A stretch of DNA of 64,000 nucleotides from Stegostoma tigrinum (Eukaryota), in assembly GCF_030684315.1 (NCBI RefSeq), contig NC_081396.1, forward strand, positions 4,836,001 to 4,900,000, given 5' to 3'. The position numbers and the translations under genes were made by a program. The notes under the pieces are model-generated. The model had not been told where the DNA came from. It worked only from the letters and a program-made list of their open reading frames with translations, and did not search any database. Below, piece after piece: positions 1 to 14,074 of the stretch (position 1 is the first letter of the stretch; every line of letters starts with the position of its first letter).

Positions 1-245
1 CTTGTCGACCATTGTCACTTTCCATAGATCGGTAATAGCTGATAGAATTGCATTCACTTGAAAGAAAATTCTCTCCAAATGACCGCCCTTCTATCTCTCC
101 ATGACTGTTTCGTCATCCAGGAAACACTCCCGGCATTTTTCTGTAAAGCTATTTACTCTCAACTAATTTCTGGAATGAACCAAATAATCACTCAACCCAT
201 CGAGAGTTAGAGATGGTTCACAAATTCTTGTTATGTCAGTGACAT
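1..245 (-). pseudogene. Degenerate TCR alpha/delta-like V segment, cut by the window start
   Basis: The minus strand reads LYRKMPGVFP (WYRQxPG-like), RNSHGEIEGRSFGENF and, across frameshifts, AITDLW..SDNG (FR3-like). Stops and frameshifts are present; the YYC motif and RSS would lie outside the window. Confidence 0.4.
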
Positions 246-3200
246 CTACGTCGGATGAAAACATTTCTTAAAAGCAGTTGATTTTCCAAATACACAGGCA
301 GAACTTATCGGTATTTGGCCTTATACCATAATGTACCTTCCAGATTCCCTTTCATTTCGTAATGCAATTGGTATTAATACAGTTAACTGCAATATAAAAT
401 ACAAAGACAGATTTAAAAACAAACGAGAGTGCCAGTTATATCTAGCTCATCACTAATGTTATCAAATACAAGTAATTGCAATCAACCCCAACTATTCGAA
501 ACTATAATGCTGTTCAGCCATTTAGTTCACTTCCCCGAAGCTATCTAATAATCGTTCATTGTGTCGTTTGACAAGAATGGATCTGCCACAGCCTTGAAAA
601 AAGGTATTAACAAATTCTGCACCAATGATTTTTGATCAATAGAGTTTCAAAGACTACAAGCGAGTTGATATCCATACTTCTGCGTTCAATGGGCATTTAC
701 TGATTTCTCAACTGTGGCCAGTAATTGCAAAAGAGGTGAAGTGTTTTCCCCATTTATTATGGCTGGATGATTAACGTTCATACATGTTTGAATGAGCAAC
801 CCAACACCTGTTCAAATTCAAGACTGTGAAAGCCAATCCTGTCCAAATAGGGCTCTTTACTAGTCTCATAAATATCCCCAAACTTTTACAAATGAAATTC
901 CAGCATTCCTTCAATAACGATCATCCATCTACATGACTGCTGATCTGGCTTCATTCAACACATTGCACACATGTATCATGATCTTTGTATGTTTGTTTTC
1001 AACTCCATTTGCACAAAACCGTAACAGTCTGTTAGTTTTCCGAGGGCATTGTAGTTCCTGTATTCTCACATTTTACGATTTTTGCACGAGGAAATTCTGA
1101 TGCTTCTGCATCTCTGTTTCCACTTTACTCTTGCTGAAATAAAACACATTTAGACAGCATGGTCTGTTTGGTACATCTTTACCAATTCATTTAACATTAT
1201 CTGTCTACTACAACTTCCTCGTGTCCTCTTCACAGCTCACAATCCTACTTATCAATGTGTGTTCGCATTTTATCAAGCACTCTTTTCGCGCATTCAATCA
1301 AGTCATTTAGAACTATAAAGCCTTGAGGCAACATTACTGATCATTTGCCACAGGATTAATTGAATCTTGGAAATCAGAAAAGCACTAAATTATGTTTGCT
1401 GTTTAGTCCAAATAGGCTAGCGAATAGTTGATCTGTTCCAAGGAAACACCACTTCATTATGAACTTTTATATTCTGCAACAAACTTTGATGTGACACTTT
1501 ATTCAATGTACTTTCAGAACACAGATGGAAAATTAGTCATTTGAACATAGCATTGTGAATACAAGAGGGTTGAAACCATTTTTAAAATTGTGTAAGAGCT
1601 TGCTTCTCCTGCAACTGATGGACAGTCTGCAGTCACAGTCACCTTATCTCATTTCAGACAGGTCGTGCTTCAAAACTTTAACAGACTTTGATCAGCAATT
1701 ATCGTATTAATTCACACATCAAGATCAGTGATAAGAAATGACCTTGTCTTGGACTCTATTTTCGTAGGTGCCTATGACTTCTAGATATCTATGTGCTGTT
1801 GCTCCTGTATGAACTGCGTAAGTTTATAAGTCAAAATTCGACAATGAACAGCAGGCATGATTTTCCCATTCCGAAGTAATATTGATTCCACCTAATACTT
1901 TCTAAGTTCTCTGGTATTATTTCCGAAATAATAGCTCCTAGCATATTGCTTGTGCCAGATCTTAAGTTAACTGAGAAGCAGTTTTCTGCTTTCTGTATCT
2001 CCTCCTTTTAGTAAATAACTTAAATTCATGATCTTCTAATCTGCTGGAGCATTCGCTGAATCTCAGGAATTTTGGAAAATAAAAACTAATGAATGAAATA
2101 TTTATCGATTCACTTCTATTCAGATCTCAGCATAGGGCTCATGCAACAAAGAGTTCCAGAAATTTGCTCAGGAACACTTCAATAACGCTTGTAATGTTAT
2201 TGCTACTTTAACCTTATTTTTATTTTCCTGATTTATCCATTATTTCTGATGTGCCACTGATATCTTCGATCAGAGGGATTGTAGTAGAATCCCTGCTCAA
2301 TTAACTCTCCTTCTCCTCATTTTTAGCGGTTTTACTGACTCATTTTCAGCGGGAGAAACATCCATATTGTTGACTCTATTTTTAAGGTAAATGAATATTA
2401 CCTCTGTATGCTTAATCTTCTGAGTTAATTTTCATTCTTTTTAAGTCTGATACGTTCCTCTTTATTTAATTTTTCCTCTTCGAGTTTTCCATATTCTTCC
2501 CAAACATGTGATCTATCACTTCTGCAACAATATAGATTTTCGTTTAGTTTGGTGTAGTTGTTTTATTTTCAAAGGCCGATTGCGACTCTTTCCTTTTTTT
2601 CACTTTACAGAAATTATCTGCGTGCTATATTACGCAATATGCTCTTAAAAGTCTGTTTTTGCTCCTTTGTTGACAATTCTTCCTCATGATTTACCAGCTC
2701 AATGCAATTAGATCTGTTATCGTGTAATCACAGTTGTCTTTATTTAATTTGGTAATACCCGCCTTAAGCCCATTATTTAAGACCTCAGAACACATACAAA
2801 ATTCATGAGATGTTCGGTGCTACCTAAGGTATTACTTAATATAATTTTGTGGCATGCAACCAGATCCAGGAACTCTTTCCTCTTTCTGTCAGAAAGTTAC
2901 CTAATACACTCAGTCAAATAGACAATGTCTCTTACAACTCAAAAGCAACAGTATCTTGCTTCTGCTTGAAATCATACATGAAGAGAAAGAAAAAACACCA
3001 AAATATTACCAGAGGAGATCAGCGGCAGAAAGATCTGTTCACTGATACAACCTCTCCTTACTTTTTACCTGACATAGCGCCGAACTTCCTTTAAGTTTTA
3101 GATTTTCATTCTGAGGTTTTTGAGCGAAACTTATTATCATTTAGCCCTTTGAACATGGCCAACACTCAGTTTTTATTTGGTTTTTCTCTCACAGTTAACA

Positions 3201-3940
3201 TTATGTAGTTCAAGTACTCTAATGTGTTTTACGTTGTACTGTTTTAAAAAAAAGGGAATGGAATAGAATACAGCGTTGAAACCAACAGCAATTTGCACAT
3301 TTGCTCCGAAAGGCTGACAGTGTGCATTCTCCCTCACAAGCAGGAAGTTTGTTTGCGCTGATAATATGAAAGTAACTCCCGTTGTCTCACTCCCATCTGG
3401 CACACAATGTCCTGTTTCTCTGTGCCGTTGCCAAGCCACACATGTCACTTCTGATTAGAAAATTAATCTTAAGAACAATCTGGAGGAAACATCTGCCAAG
3501 GTGGCCTATATCTGGACAGAGAGTGGGCAGCCATCGATCACACTGAAGTGACAAATACAAATTGAAGTGTTGTGGTCTGTTTAAAGTTTGATTCCAGAAT
3601 GTCGTTGGGTGAGTCTCAGGACCATGTACTAAACGCATTCTATTCTCTAAATTCTGAAACACATAGATTGCACCGTTAATGTTTTGATCATTTATTTTTG
3701 TTACTTTTTTGATGATTCCATGTTCCTTTCATCAGTTTCAGATTCGTATCCATCATGTTCCCATCCAGATACATTCTGTTTGATGTCATTCCGAGAATTT
3801 AATGAATATTCTTTGCACAGACAGCTGTGTCGGTGCATCCGATAACAGAATTAATACACATAGAGAGCCCCTTTTCTTTACCCACTGTGAGCATCATTGT
3901 ATTCAAACAAAAGCCTCTGCGGAGGGTCAGTGACTCAATG

Positions 3941-4235
3941 ATTAGCACTGCCAGTGGTGCTAGGCACCCACATTCGATTCCATCTTCAGTCGCCTGAGAG
4001 TGGGGAGTCTGCACGTTTTTGCCATTTCTGACAGCTGCTCCAGTTTCATCCCACAGTTCAAAGATATGCACGTTAGGTGGATCAGTCATTCTAAATAGCC
4101 TATAGTGTCCAGGGTTGTGTAGATTATCTGTGTTAGCCAAGGGAATAGTCAGGGTGAGGCACCTTTTGGACAGTTGCTATGGGTTCGATGGGCCAAATAG
4201 CCTGATCCCATGCTGTAAGGATAATACTGTATTCT
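3941..4235 (+). mobile_element. tRNA-derived shark SINE (HE1-like), degenerate
   Basis: Similar to the better-preserved copies at 15321 and 26008 (ttagcactg...ttcgattcc head; gatatgcacgttaggtggat core). Confidence 0.7.
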
Positions 4236-4589
4236 AATTTCATAATTTGGAAATCCTCTCTCTCTTTGACCGAATTTGTTCTCAAGGTTGCTTATTGTCT
4301 GAATTCTTTTGAAAAGCCATAACTACTTAAAAATCCGTACTTTGAACAACGTCTCAAATGTTATTAAAATTTGTGGTAATGACATTTCCTTTGGTGGGAT
4401 TCTGGTGTTTAATCTTTCTATGCATCATGTGCTTCTAGCCAAAGATTAAAACACTGATATCTCCGAGTTACCTGCTGTGGCCCTTGAGTGTCTCTAAAAA
4501 TTGCAAGGTGTTGATAAGCACCAGAAGGAACAGATTGTTTTTGGTTCCTATGTCGTTAGTTCGTTGTTTTTTTCGATTTTGTTTTTGGA

Positions 4590-6050
4590 AATAACCGACT
4601 CTGTTTGGCCAGCAATACTGCCCAATCTTAGTTGCCCTTGAGAAGGTGATGGTGAGTTACCCTTTTATACCACTGCAGTCCAAATTGCCATAAATGAGGG
4701 TTTGCCAGTATATTGACCCACTGGCATCAGATGAACTGTAATATATTTACAAGTCATGATGGCAAGTGGCTTGGTGGGGAAATTGAAGGTTGTGGTGTTC
4801 CTGCTCTTGCCTTTCTTGATGGAAATGGTCGAGGGTTTGGAAGGTGGTGTATGGGGATTTTTGGTGAATGTTTGCAGTTCGACTTGTAGATAATACATAC
4901 TGCTGCGAATTAGGCTCAATGGTAGTGGGAATGGATGTTCGTGAATACCAATCAAGTGTGCTGGATGGTGTAAAACTTCTTGAGTGTTGTTGAGGCTGCA
5001 CTCGTCCAGGCAAATGGGGAGCATTCCAAAAACCTCTTCAATTGAGCCTTATAAACATTGGACAGGCTTTGAGGAGAAGGGAAGTTACTCCCGACAGTAT
5101 TCCCATCTTCTCACTTGTCTTTGTAATTACTGTGTTTCTATGGTAAGTTCAGATGTAATTTCTGGTCAATGATAAGCCTCAGGATGTCGATGTGAGGGAT
5201 TTAATGATGGTCTCACCGTTGAATGCCAGGGGCCAGTGGTTAGATCGTGTTTTATTCGTGATAATCATAACTTAATATTTGTTTGGTGCAAATGCTACTT
5301 GGCCCTCGTCAGCACACAACTGTATATATTTCAAATCTTGTTGCATTTGAAATGATATGCCTCAGTGTCTCAAGATTCCCGAATGGAACTGAACATTGTG
5401 CATTAATCGTTGAACATCCCCACTTCTGACTTTATGATGGAGAGAAGGCCATTGATGAAGCTGATGAAGATGCTTGTGTTTCAGATATTATCGTGAGGAA
5501 CTCCCGCAGAGATATCATGGAGCTGAGATGACTGATCTCCAACAACCGTGACTATCTTCCAAATTGTCAGGTGGGAATCCAACCACCAGAAATTTAACCC
5601 ACACATATGTATTGATTTCAGTTTTGCCAGGGCTCTTTGGTGCCAAATTCTGTTGAAAGCTGCTTTGACGTTCAGGATGGTCGTTATCACCTCACCTCTG
5701 GAATTCAGTTCTTTTGTCCATATTTGGACCAATGCTGCAATGAGTTCAGGAGCTGAGTGGCCCAGGCTGAACCCAAACTGGGCATCACTATGAAGTTCAC
5801 GACTGAGCAGGTGGCGCTTGATAGCATTGTCGATGTCACCTTACACCACTTTACTGATGGTAGACTGTAGACTCATGGGGCTGTTATAGGCCAGATTGGA
5901 TTTAGCCCGCTTTTATGTGCATGACATACTTTCGCAATTTACCCCATTTTTTTGATAGATATCAGTGTTGTAACTGCATTGGAACAAGTTGGCTCAGAGA
6001 GCAGCAAGTTTTGTAGCACAAATCTTTAGTTCTAATGCCGAAATGTTATC
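4590..6050 (-). mobile_element. CR1/L2-clade LINE reverse transcriptase fragment
   Basis: ORF 5481-5732(-) reads WTKELNSRGEV..LNVKAAFNRIWHQ...SAGVPH, matching decayed RT motifs (D.xKAFDRVWH, GVPQGS). Confidence 0.8.
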
Positions 6051-8329
6051 ACATGGAGACTAGGAAAAGATGATGATGGAAGATTTCCTTTCCTGAAGGA
6101 CATTAGTCAACCAGATTGTTTTATTTTCAACAATGAGCAATGAATTCACAGTTATCAGCAGACTCTTCAATCCAGAATGTTTTAAATTCAATTCAATTTC
6201 TACCATCTTTTGGGGAGGGATATATCCTCAGATTTTGTAAACTCCAAGACGACTCTATGTCTGTTCTCCAGTTGTGGGGTAAAACACAATTGTGATGCAG
6301 ATTGTGTCAGTTCTAACCACGTCAGTATTGAGGCTCTCACTCAACTTGGGCCATTTTAATGGACCTCTGATTATCACTGTAATAATGTGCTCTGCCTTAA
6401 ACTGTCAAAGCCTTCTTGCCCTTTAATTTCCTTTTAAATTCGGATGTATATTATGTTCACTGCTTACTAGATGAAATATCAGTGATAATTATTGTCATTC
6501 CAGGTGCATTTGCATACTTCCTTGGGACGTACAGATTCCTTCCACATCTCCACTGAGAGAAATAATATTTTCTGAAGTAACGGGCTGGTATTTTAAATCT
6601 TCTATGATCCATAGGAAACCATACTCTTTTCGAAATGGACAAGCTACAAAGAGAAGACCTGTCTTTCATTCCTTTCACCTTTTCTCACTGTGAAAGAAAA
6701 TGCAAAACAAATCAAATCAGAATTCAATATATTATACCCTTCCAACGTGAAAGTTTACCCACAATGTACAATCAACTGAATAATAAGCCTCTTGCATGAC
6801 AATGCATCCAAATTCTCGAATACGGTCTGACCGTTTCCAGTTTTTAATGCCCGACTATCTCGTACAGCTGTTGGAAAAGTGAAATGTCAGAAACATATTT
6901 TTAAATTCAGTGACGCCAATTTTGATGAAGTGTCAGTGCTTTGTTTCCTTCAGAGATGAGACGTGACCTGCAGATATAATAATAATATTTTCTCTTTTTC
7001 TTATTTTCTGGTATGAGGGGCATTAGGAGTGTTATTGAATTTAAAAAACTTCAATTCATTAATGTTGAAACAGTATTTGTTTGTGTTAAATGGAGCATGG
7101 AAAGAATATATTAATGGGCTTTGACTTTCGCACATAATTATATCAGGCAGAAACTTGACTTTATTGCATGAAACACTGACTTTGTCATCATCAAACTATA
7201 CTCGGCGCAATGTTAAGTAATGCATTGAAGATTCTCTCTCTGATATTTCAACAGCAAATATTATGTTTGTTCCAATCAACTTCACTGTTGCATGTGTCCA
7301 CTCTTATTGTGTCAGAATCTATCACAGTAACTTCAAAACTTCCATTCAAATGTGACAGCAAATTATTATTACTAATTCTGCAATCTTTGTCCTTGTCAAA
7401 TTTTAACAGGCAAGGAGTTTGAGGCAAAGATCAAATTTAACTCTACTTCTTTTTCTCCTCCCCAAAGACATGCTTCAGATGTAATTTTACACAATATGTC
7501 TTCAATTATCAGTGCACAACGACTTCTTCATTCCAAGTGTATATTTGACTCTTGGTCTATTATTTCTGGTGGGGACTTCTCTTTTTTTTTCTTTTCTGCA
7601 GCTGTAATTTCATGACATTGATGAACATATCTGTAAATATCTGTGGTTAATCAACATTAAATCCTGCCGTTGCTCTTATTGTCGTAGTCAGCATCTATTT
7701 TTATATTACCCAAGATTCCTTCCCTTTGAATACAGAATTTGCCTTTGTCATCCTTTATATCACACCAGATCCTATTGTTGTTGTGAGCGTGTTGGAAAGC
7801 CTTTCTGCTCATATTACGCCAGAGCCAGACCTGTTTAACCAACGATTGCACAGAACAGACAAGAACAGTTGAGTCAATCATGAAAACGAACGTGGAATAC
7901 CTCTAGTTGACATTCCGAATACTTGGATCATAATAACATAAATGGTGCAGTGTAATGTGAAATCTGCCAAAAAAGCAACAATAAGAACAATAACTGAAGT
8001 AGATCCTCTTGTAAAAGAGTGTGATGGATATGATTCACAAAAGGCAGGGGGTTGTTTTAAATTTTCATTTTGGAACCTTAAAGTTTAGTATTAGCCACGA
8101 CATGATTCAGCAAAGTCTTACAGAAGGACGGTAAATCAAATATAAAGAGGATTTTAGTTCAATGTTGTATGAACTGAGACTGAGCTTTTAACAGAAACAA
8201 CTGAGAAATGACCTGCTTTGACATGATCAAAGTCAAGGTTTGGTGGAATGCATTGTTGCTGCCAATGCTGTTAAAAACATCCATATTAGTTATATCATGT
8301 GGCATTTGAGTTGCATGAATAGAATTACA

Positions 8330-8700
8330 GGGTGTTTTTGAACACATTATGCACCGTTCGACCCTTCTTGTCTCCTTTAATCCTCTGAAAAGCCAATCAC
8401 TTTGATTTTTTCTTAGATAATGATCGAATTGCTTCTTGATATATACAGTTTCTGTTGCCGGTGCTATACTCTCGATCAGTATTTTCCAGAACCGAGCTGC
8501 GTATTGTCTTCTGAGGCTTGTCTTCTTCATATTTGCTTTTGCTCTTTTGACAATTACTTTATTTCGGTGCCTTGTACGTCCCGATCTTTTCAGAAAGGGG
8601 AACATTTCCCATTTAACTCTTCGGGCAAGCCCCTCATTATTTTGAACATATCTAGCAATCGTTTCTCATAGATTTCTCAACCAAAGGAAACTGCCCCAAT
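8330..8700 (-). mobile_element. CR1 LINE 3' end fragment
   Basis: ORF 8159-8605(-) contains RTRHRNK...RQYAARFWKIL...ETVYIKKQFDHYL, a decayed CR1 ORF2 C-terminus. Confidence 0.6.
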
Positions 8701-11029
8701 TTCTACAGCATGCCATTTAATTGAAGCCCCTTGAGTTGATGGGCACATTTGAATCTTGAAGGCATGCTTGATATCATGCCTTGAATTTCTGCCCAAAACT
8801 GATCCCTGGGCCCAAGTGAGGCCGCACGAGTGTTCCATATAGATTTTAAATATATTCCTCCCTTTTACGTGATATTTCATGTATATTTGTGTTCATTCTT
8901 CTGTATTGTATCACCAAGCTCTTCCTCCCTAAATTAATCAAGGGAAAAGCCTCTGCACGAAATTTCATGTGTCGCCTGTTGGCCCAATCCACTCAATAGA
9001 TCCTTGTGAAATTTCGAACTATCTTCCTTCAGTTCAGAATTGTTGTGACATTCTTGTTATAGCAAATTGTGAAGTAATGCACTGGATGCAATACCTTAGT
9101 CAAAAACATAAATGAAACCAGTCACAGGTCGAAGCATTGTCACCTCCGGAATAGCGCTATGAACTCCTCTTGAATCCATAACACACTCAACTGCCCATTA
9201 TGATCCATGATTTCTTGAATTTGCGCGAATGTTCAATTAAACTTTGAAGTACATATGGACCACAGCAATTAGATTAGGGCAACAACTAGTGTGTTAATCC
9301 CCAATAAGAAGCAAACAAATTTGTTCACATGAGAAATCCATCAACGATAATTTGAAAAAAATCATTTCCAATGATATGAGGGCTCATCTATCTTCTGTGC
9401 AGAGTTTTGAAACTTAAGTTATGTTTAATTGCTGATGAACCGAGCTTATTTGTGTCAAAGTAAGTTGAATGCTGTTAACTTTGTTAATTCTATGTGCTGA
9501 CCTGCGCTGAATAAAGAGATGTTTCCATGGGTATCACATGGGGAGATTCAGATCATTATATTGCTGAACAGTCATAGTGTAATTTTGTTGAAATGTGATA
9601 TGACTTAAATGAAAGGTAGGGACATTTCCGATATAAATCAGGTGAACTGGAGCCTCTAACCTTGACAAGCATAGATTTAGAGTTACAGAAAATGTCGCCA
9701 CAGCGAGAAATCGCTTCTCCCATTGGGTCTGTGCAATCTGAAAACAGAAATTTCAAGCTTAGGCATACTGTGTAGCGTATTGTCCAAAATACTGGAGATT
9801 ATAGCACTTGAAGCACATCTTCAAACACATTTGACTGTTCCTGCCTTCAACATTCTTTTAGGAACTGAACTTCTTAAATCTTCCCTGTCACTTCGTGGCC
9901 AATCACGTATATCTAAACACATTATTAACTGAGCTATCCCCGATGTTATGAGGTTTCTCTCATATATTTCATCCAGCATGACATATGCGTACTTCTCAAG
10001 AAAAATTCCTCTAAAATACCCGTGTTCAACCACGACCAAATCCAACGAAACTAAAATTTCCTCTTTGTTTCTTTCTTTTTCCCAATCTCAGCATAACCTT
10101 CCTAATCTCGCTAAAAAAAATTATATTCTTGCCATAATGATCTGTACGTCTGTGTATATGTTCGTACGATGTCTGTGCTGGTGTGTTAATTTATTTTAAT
10201 TGTTATTGTTCCTTCTTGTTCTCGTGAACATTAATTGATAGCTCATTGACTAATCCTACAACAGGAATGGTGGAAATGATTCGTTATTCCCGAGTATATT
10301 TGTCAAAATATTGCACACATCCAGAATGATAAATTGGACTTTATTCATAGTAACTTAAATGTAGCCGAATGGCACACATGATTGTTCACTGCTGTTTGTA
10401 AATCTTCATCTCAAAAATACAAATAGGGGACTTGCCTGGATTCAGAAGGAATCACACCAAAATTTCGAACATGTGGTTCCACCATATACAACACAACATT
10501 CAACATATATTCATCCACTTTACTTTTCACAGCAAAAATAGTGCACATCTTTAGAACGATGCCTGATATGCTTGTACTGTGTTACTGTGGCATGTGAGTG
10601 AACAAATTGCCTCTTCTCACGCAGTTTCCCTTCTGTTTTGAGATCTTTTGATTGTAGCGCGCCTGGTATGTTAGTGGGGTATGCCTCAAACAATGTATCA
10701 ACATGAAAATATTGAGGAATAACCTGTTCAGAAGATTCAAGTTTAATTTCATTGAAAACAGTCCATCCTTTGGAATGTTTCAGGGTTAAGAAATATAAAC
10801 AGTTTTTATTAATCAGAGATTTCTGAAGTGTTTTCTTTTAGGGGCGAGAACAGAAGATAACAGACTGACACATTTTTTAATGATTGACCTGCCTCAAGTA
10901 GTGAAGCCAGCAAACAAAAAAATGGAATTTTGAAGACCATTTATTTTTCAGGTATCCATAAATCATTCGATCTATCCATTCATGCATCCACTCATTCCGT
11001 TTGTCTGTATCAAATTCTATTCATCTATC

Positions 11030-11770
11030 TAGATCACATGGCATTCAGGATGAGCTTGCCAATTGGATGTACAATTGAGTAAATGGCAAGAGACAGCCAG
11101 TGGTGGTGGAGGGTTCTTTTTTCAACTGGTGGCTTGTTTCCATTGATGTTCCACAGGGATCGGTGTTGGGTGAACTTTTGTTTAACATTTATGTGAAAGT
11201 TTTCGATGAGAAACTCGAAGACATGGTTAACGTTTTGATGGTTGAGGTCAGAATTGCTGAGATAATGGACAATGAAGAACGTGATTTAAGATTACAAAGT
11301 GATCTTGATCAATTGGATCAATGGGCTGAGGAGTGCAGATGGAGATCAATAGAACAGATAGACGTAGTGGTTCGGGATCATATTAATTTGGCATTGGCAT
11401 CGTAGTATGGTTAAGAAGGTGTGTAGCAGGCTCGCCTTCATTGATATTTTTATTGAGTATAGGAGTTCACAAGTAATGTACAGGAAGTTGTGGTGGCCTC
11501 TTCTAAACTAATGCATCCAGTTCTGGCCTACTTGTTGTGGGAAAAATAATATTTACTTAGAGAATGTTGAGAAACTATTCCCCAGGAGTATGCTTGGAAT
11601 GGAGGGCTTGGGTTATTAGGAGCGACTTATGCATAAGAGCATAAATCAGAAAAGTTTTTTAAGGCTATGGGCTAAGCACAGGCAGATGGATCTAGGTCAG
11701 TTTGAGATTACAGTCAGCATGGACTGGTTAGACTGAAGTATCTGTTCCTGTGTCCTTTGAAACACTGAAT
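11030..11770 (+). mobile_element. CR1 LINE RT fragment
   Basis: ORF 11100-11405 reads VVVEG..DVPQGSVLGELLFNIYV...LQSDLDQLDQWAEE. Confidence 0.85.
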
Positions 11771-13389
11771 GTCTATCCATCTATCTACCTACTGATATAT
11801 CTCAAAATGATAATGAGCTGTAGCGATCCTCCAGTGAATTCATATTTCCATCGTGCCGAAGCTCTGCAAATGCTTCCTTTCGTGAGAAATCCACACAACT
11901 GAAAAATAAACTTTTCTCCGATAGTATTGCTGGTATATTTGTTTATGCAGAGGTAATGGGTATATTTTGAAGCTGTTTTGAAGCCAAGCGGTCAACAGTG
12001 GTGAAAAATATCTTTGAGTTACTGCTGAAGCTTCAAGTGCTTCCAATACATAAATCTTCAAACTCTAGGATATTTTCTGCAGTTGGCTTGATGGCTGCTG
12101 GACATTGTGGCTGACAGATTAAATTCATATGAATCAATTAAAATGAAACTACTCCAAATTTACTTTATTTCTTTTCCAATTGGACACAAAGGATATACAT
12201 CACTTGGCATGTCTTCCGTGAAAGAGTTCACTGAGTACAGCGTTCACTGTGTGACTTTGAAAAAAACTGTAAATTTACTGTGTACCAGTAATTTCTGTTA
12301 CTTCGAAATAGAAGTCATTCTAGTTCGCTGTTTATAAGCTAGTTAGCTGTTTATTGAGATTTTAAAGCTCTGGAATGTGAAGTCAATGTATCCAAATTCG
12401 CATTGCAATGGCATTCGTTATCATCTCAAACGAAACTATATATTTTTTTCAAATTCACATAGATTGCTGAACCATACGCTGATCGTTTAAACTGAGTCAG
12501 CAATTTATAAATGTTTGGCGCCGATTTCGTGTAATGCTTAATTTCTGCCCCGGTGTCTATTATTTAACAGTGCCTGTCAGAGCTACCAATGAACAGAGAT
12601 CCGACCTGTTTTTAACCTGCATCAGTGGCAATCATTGTAATACTCTCGAACTGACCATACACTCATGATGTATCTACACAGTTACCTGCAATTATTTGGT
12701 TGCTGGGGCGGTTTTGTATTTTTTTAACTTATAGACCAGCTTGTTTTGATTCCTTAGATTATCTTTCAAAAGATTACCTGAGTGTTATGTTTTATTGACA
12801 ATTTGCCGTTTATTTATGAAGGTTTCCATGCCTGTGTATTTTCAAATGATTATGTTGGACCATAGCAATTTGAAAAATATTAAAGGAGAGGCATTCTTCA
12901 ATGTAAGGATCATTTTTCTAATCGCTGAATTTAGACTGTTTCGTCACGTACAGCTGTATTCTAGACATAATCATTTTGGACATGTTCCGTACTAAGTTGC
13001 CGAATTTGAATTCAGAAACGTCTGTTGTGAATTATGCTTTTTTCCTGTGTCTGACAGAGACTTGGAGTGACTACAAAAAGTAATTTTATTGGATGGTAAT
13101 ATTATTTAACATTTTAAACGATTAATCTACTTGTCAATGAAGTTCAAGAAATAAAGTGAATTCATTCCGAAGTGGAAATTTTACTGTCTTAAGTAAAATA
13201 ATGAAAAACGTTACCTGAACAGTACCTCATGCTGTTTAAGTATACTTTCACCACTAAAACTATGGAAATACGTCCAATTAATATGTACACCAAAACAAAA
13301 ATCCCAGGATGGAAAAATGTCCATGTTAAAGAGTAACCTCAGGTAAATATATTAGCCCATCTGTGGGGGCTGTAGAAGGTTGTACGACA

Positions 13390-13465
13390 ATTCAGTCACA
13401 GCCTCCAGCAGTGATCCAATGGGCGGAACCTGTGTACCTGCCCCCTTTGATGGGCATATAAATTC
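13390..13465 (+). promoter_or_regulatory. VH promoter
   Basis: Contains tcagtca (~13392), agtgatccaa overlapping CCAAT (13416-13420), a GC box gggcgg (13421-13426) and TATAAA (13457-13462), ~95 bp upstream of the leader ATG. No exact ATGCAAAT octamer is seen in the proximal region. Confidence 0.6.
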
Positions 13466-13554
13466 TGGTCCCTGGACCGTAATTCAATACTCCTCGATCA
13501 GGGGTTTGTTTAGAAAGGTCTTGGCAGAAACACCTCACCCAAGCTATCAGAAAG

Positions 13555-13600
13555 ATGATAACGACATTTTTTCTGAGTTTGTTCCTGACTTTCTTATCAC
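13555..13600 (+). CDS. IgH V leader exon (MITTFFLSLFLTFLS)
   Basis: ATG at 13555, hydrophobic 15-aa peptide, phase-1 donor gtgagc at 13601 and a 124-nt intron. Confidence 0.93.
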
Positions 13601-13724
13601 GTGAGCGCTTATGCATCAAGTTTTTGTTTGTTACTGTCCCAGCATCAGTCTCCCTCTGCAATGTAAAAATTCAGGAATCAGCTCTTCAGTAAAATTGATC
13701 ATGATTTTTGCTTTATTTCTGAAG

Positions 13725-14046
13725 GTGTTCAGTCAGATGTTACTTTGGTTCAACCAGAGGCAGAGAGTGGCCATCCTGGTGAATCCTTGAGGCTGATCTG
13801 TAAAACCAGTGGATTCGATCATGGCAGCGCCTACATGTACTGGATCCGACAGGTTCCTGGACAGGGGCTGGAGTGGATAGTTTACTTCTATAGTTCATCG
13901 AGCAATAACTACGTACCAGCGATTAAAGATCGATTTACTGCTTCCAAAAACACTTCACACAACATCTTCACATTGGACATGAACGGCCTGAAGATCGAAG
14001 ACACCGCTATCTATTATTGTGCAAGAGACTACAGCGGTGGGTATAG
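13725..14046 (+). CDS. IGHV: IgM VH exon germline-joined to D (VD or VDD)
   Basis: After acceptor ttctgaag it reads (R)[30 protein letters not shown]...[14 protein letters not shown]...RFTASK...[13 protein letters not shown] then DYSGGY. Both canonical Cys and the Trp are intact, and a 12-RSS follows directly. Confidence 0.92.
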
Positions 14047-14074
14047 CACTGCAATTATGATCAATATAAAAGCC
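14047..14074 (+). other. 12-bp-spacer recombination signal sequence 3' of VD
   Basis: CACTGCA + attatgatcaat (12 nt) + ATAAAAGCC. CAC is intact and the nonamer matches consensus at 7/9. Confidence 0.8.

Noticed and set aside
9556-9740. Possible - strand V relic (acceptor, SVTLN, SSPDLYRKCP); similar hints at ~3460-3600(+)
   Set aside because: No FR3, YYC or RSS is recognisable; a profile search is needed.
14030-14068. TACAGCG read as a mutated V heptamer of a normal 23-RSS
   Set aside because: The position fits, but CAC is broken and the 23-spacer nonamer (atcaatata) is poor. The overlapping 12-RSS fits better and the intervening bases are D-like. Not fully excluded.
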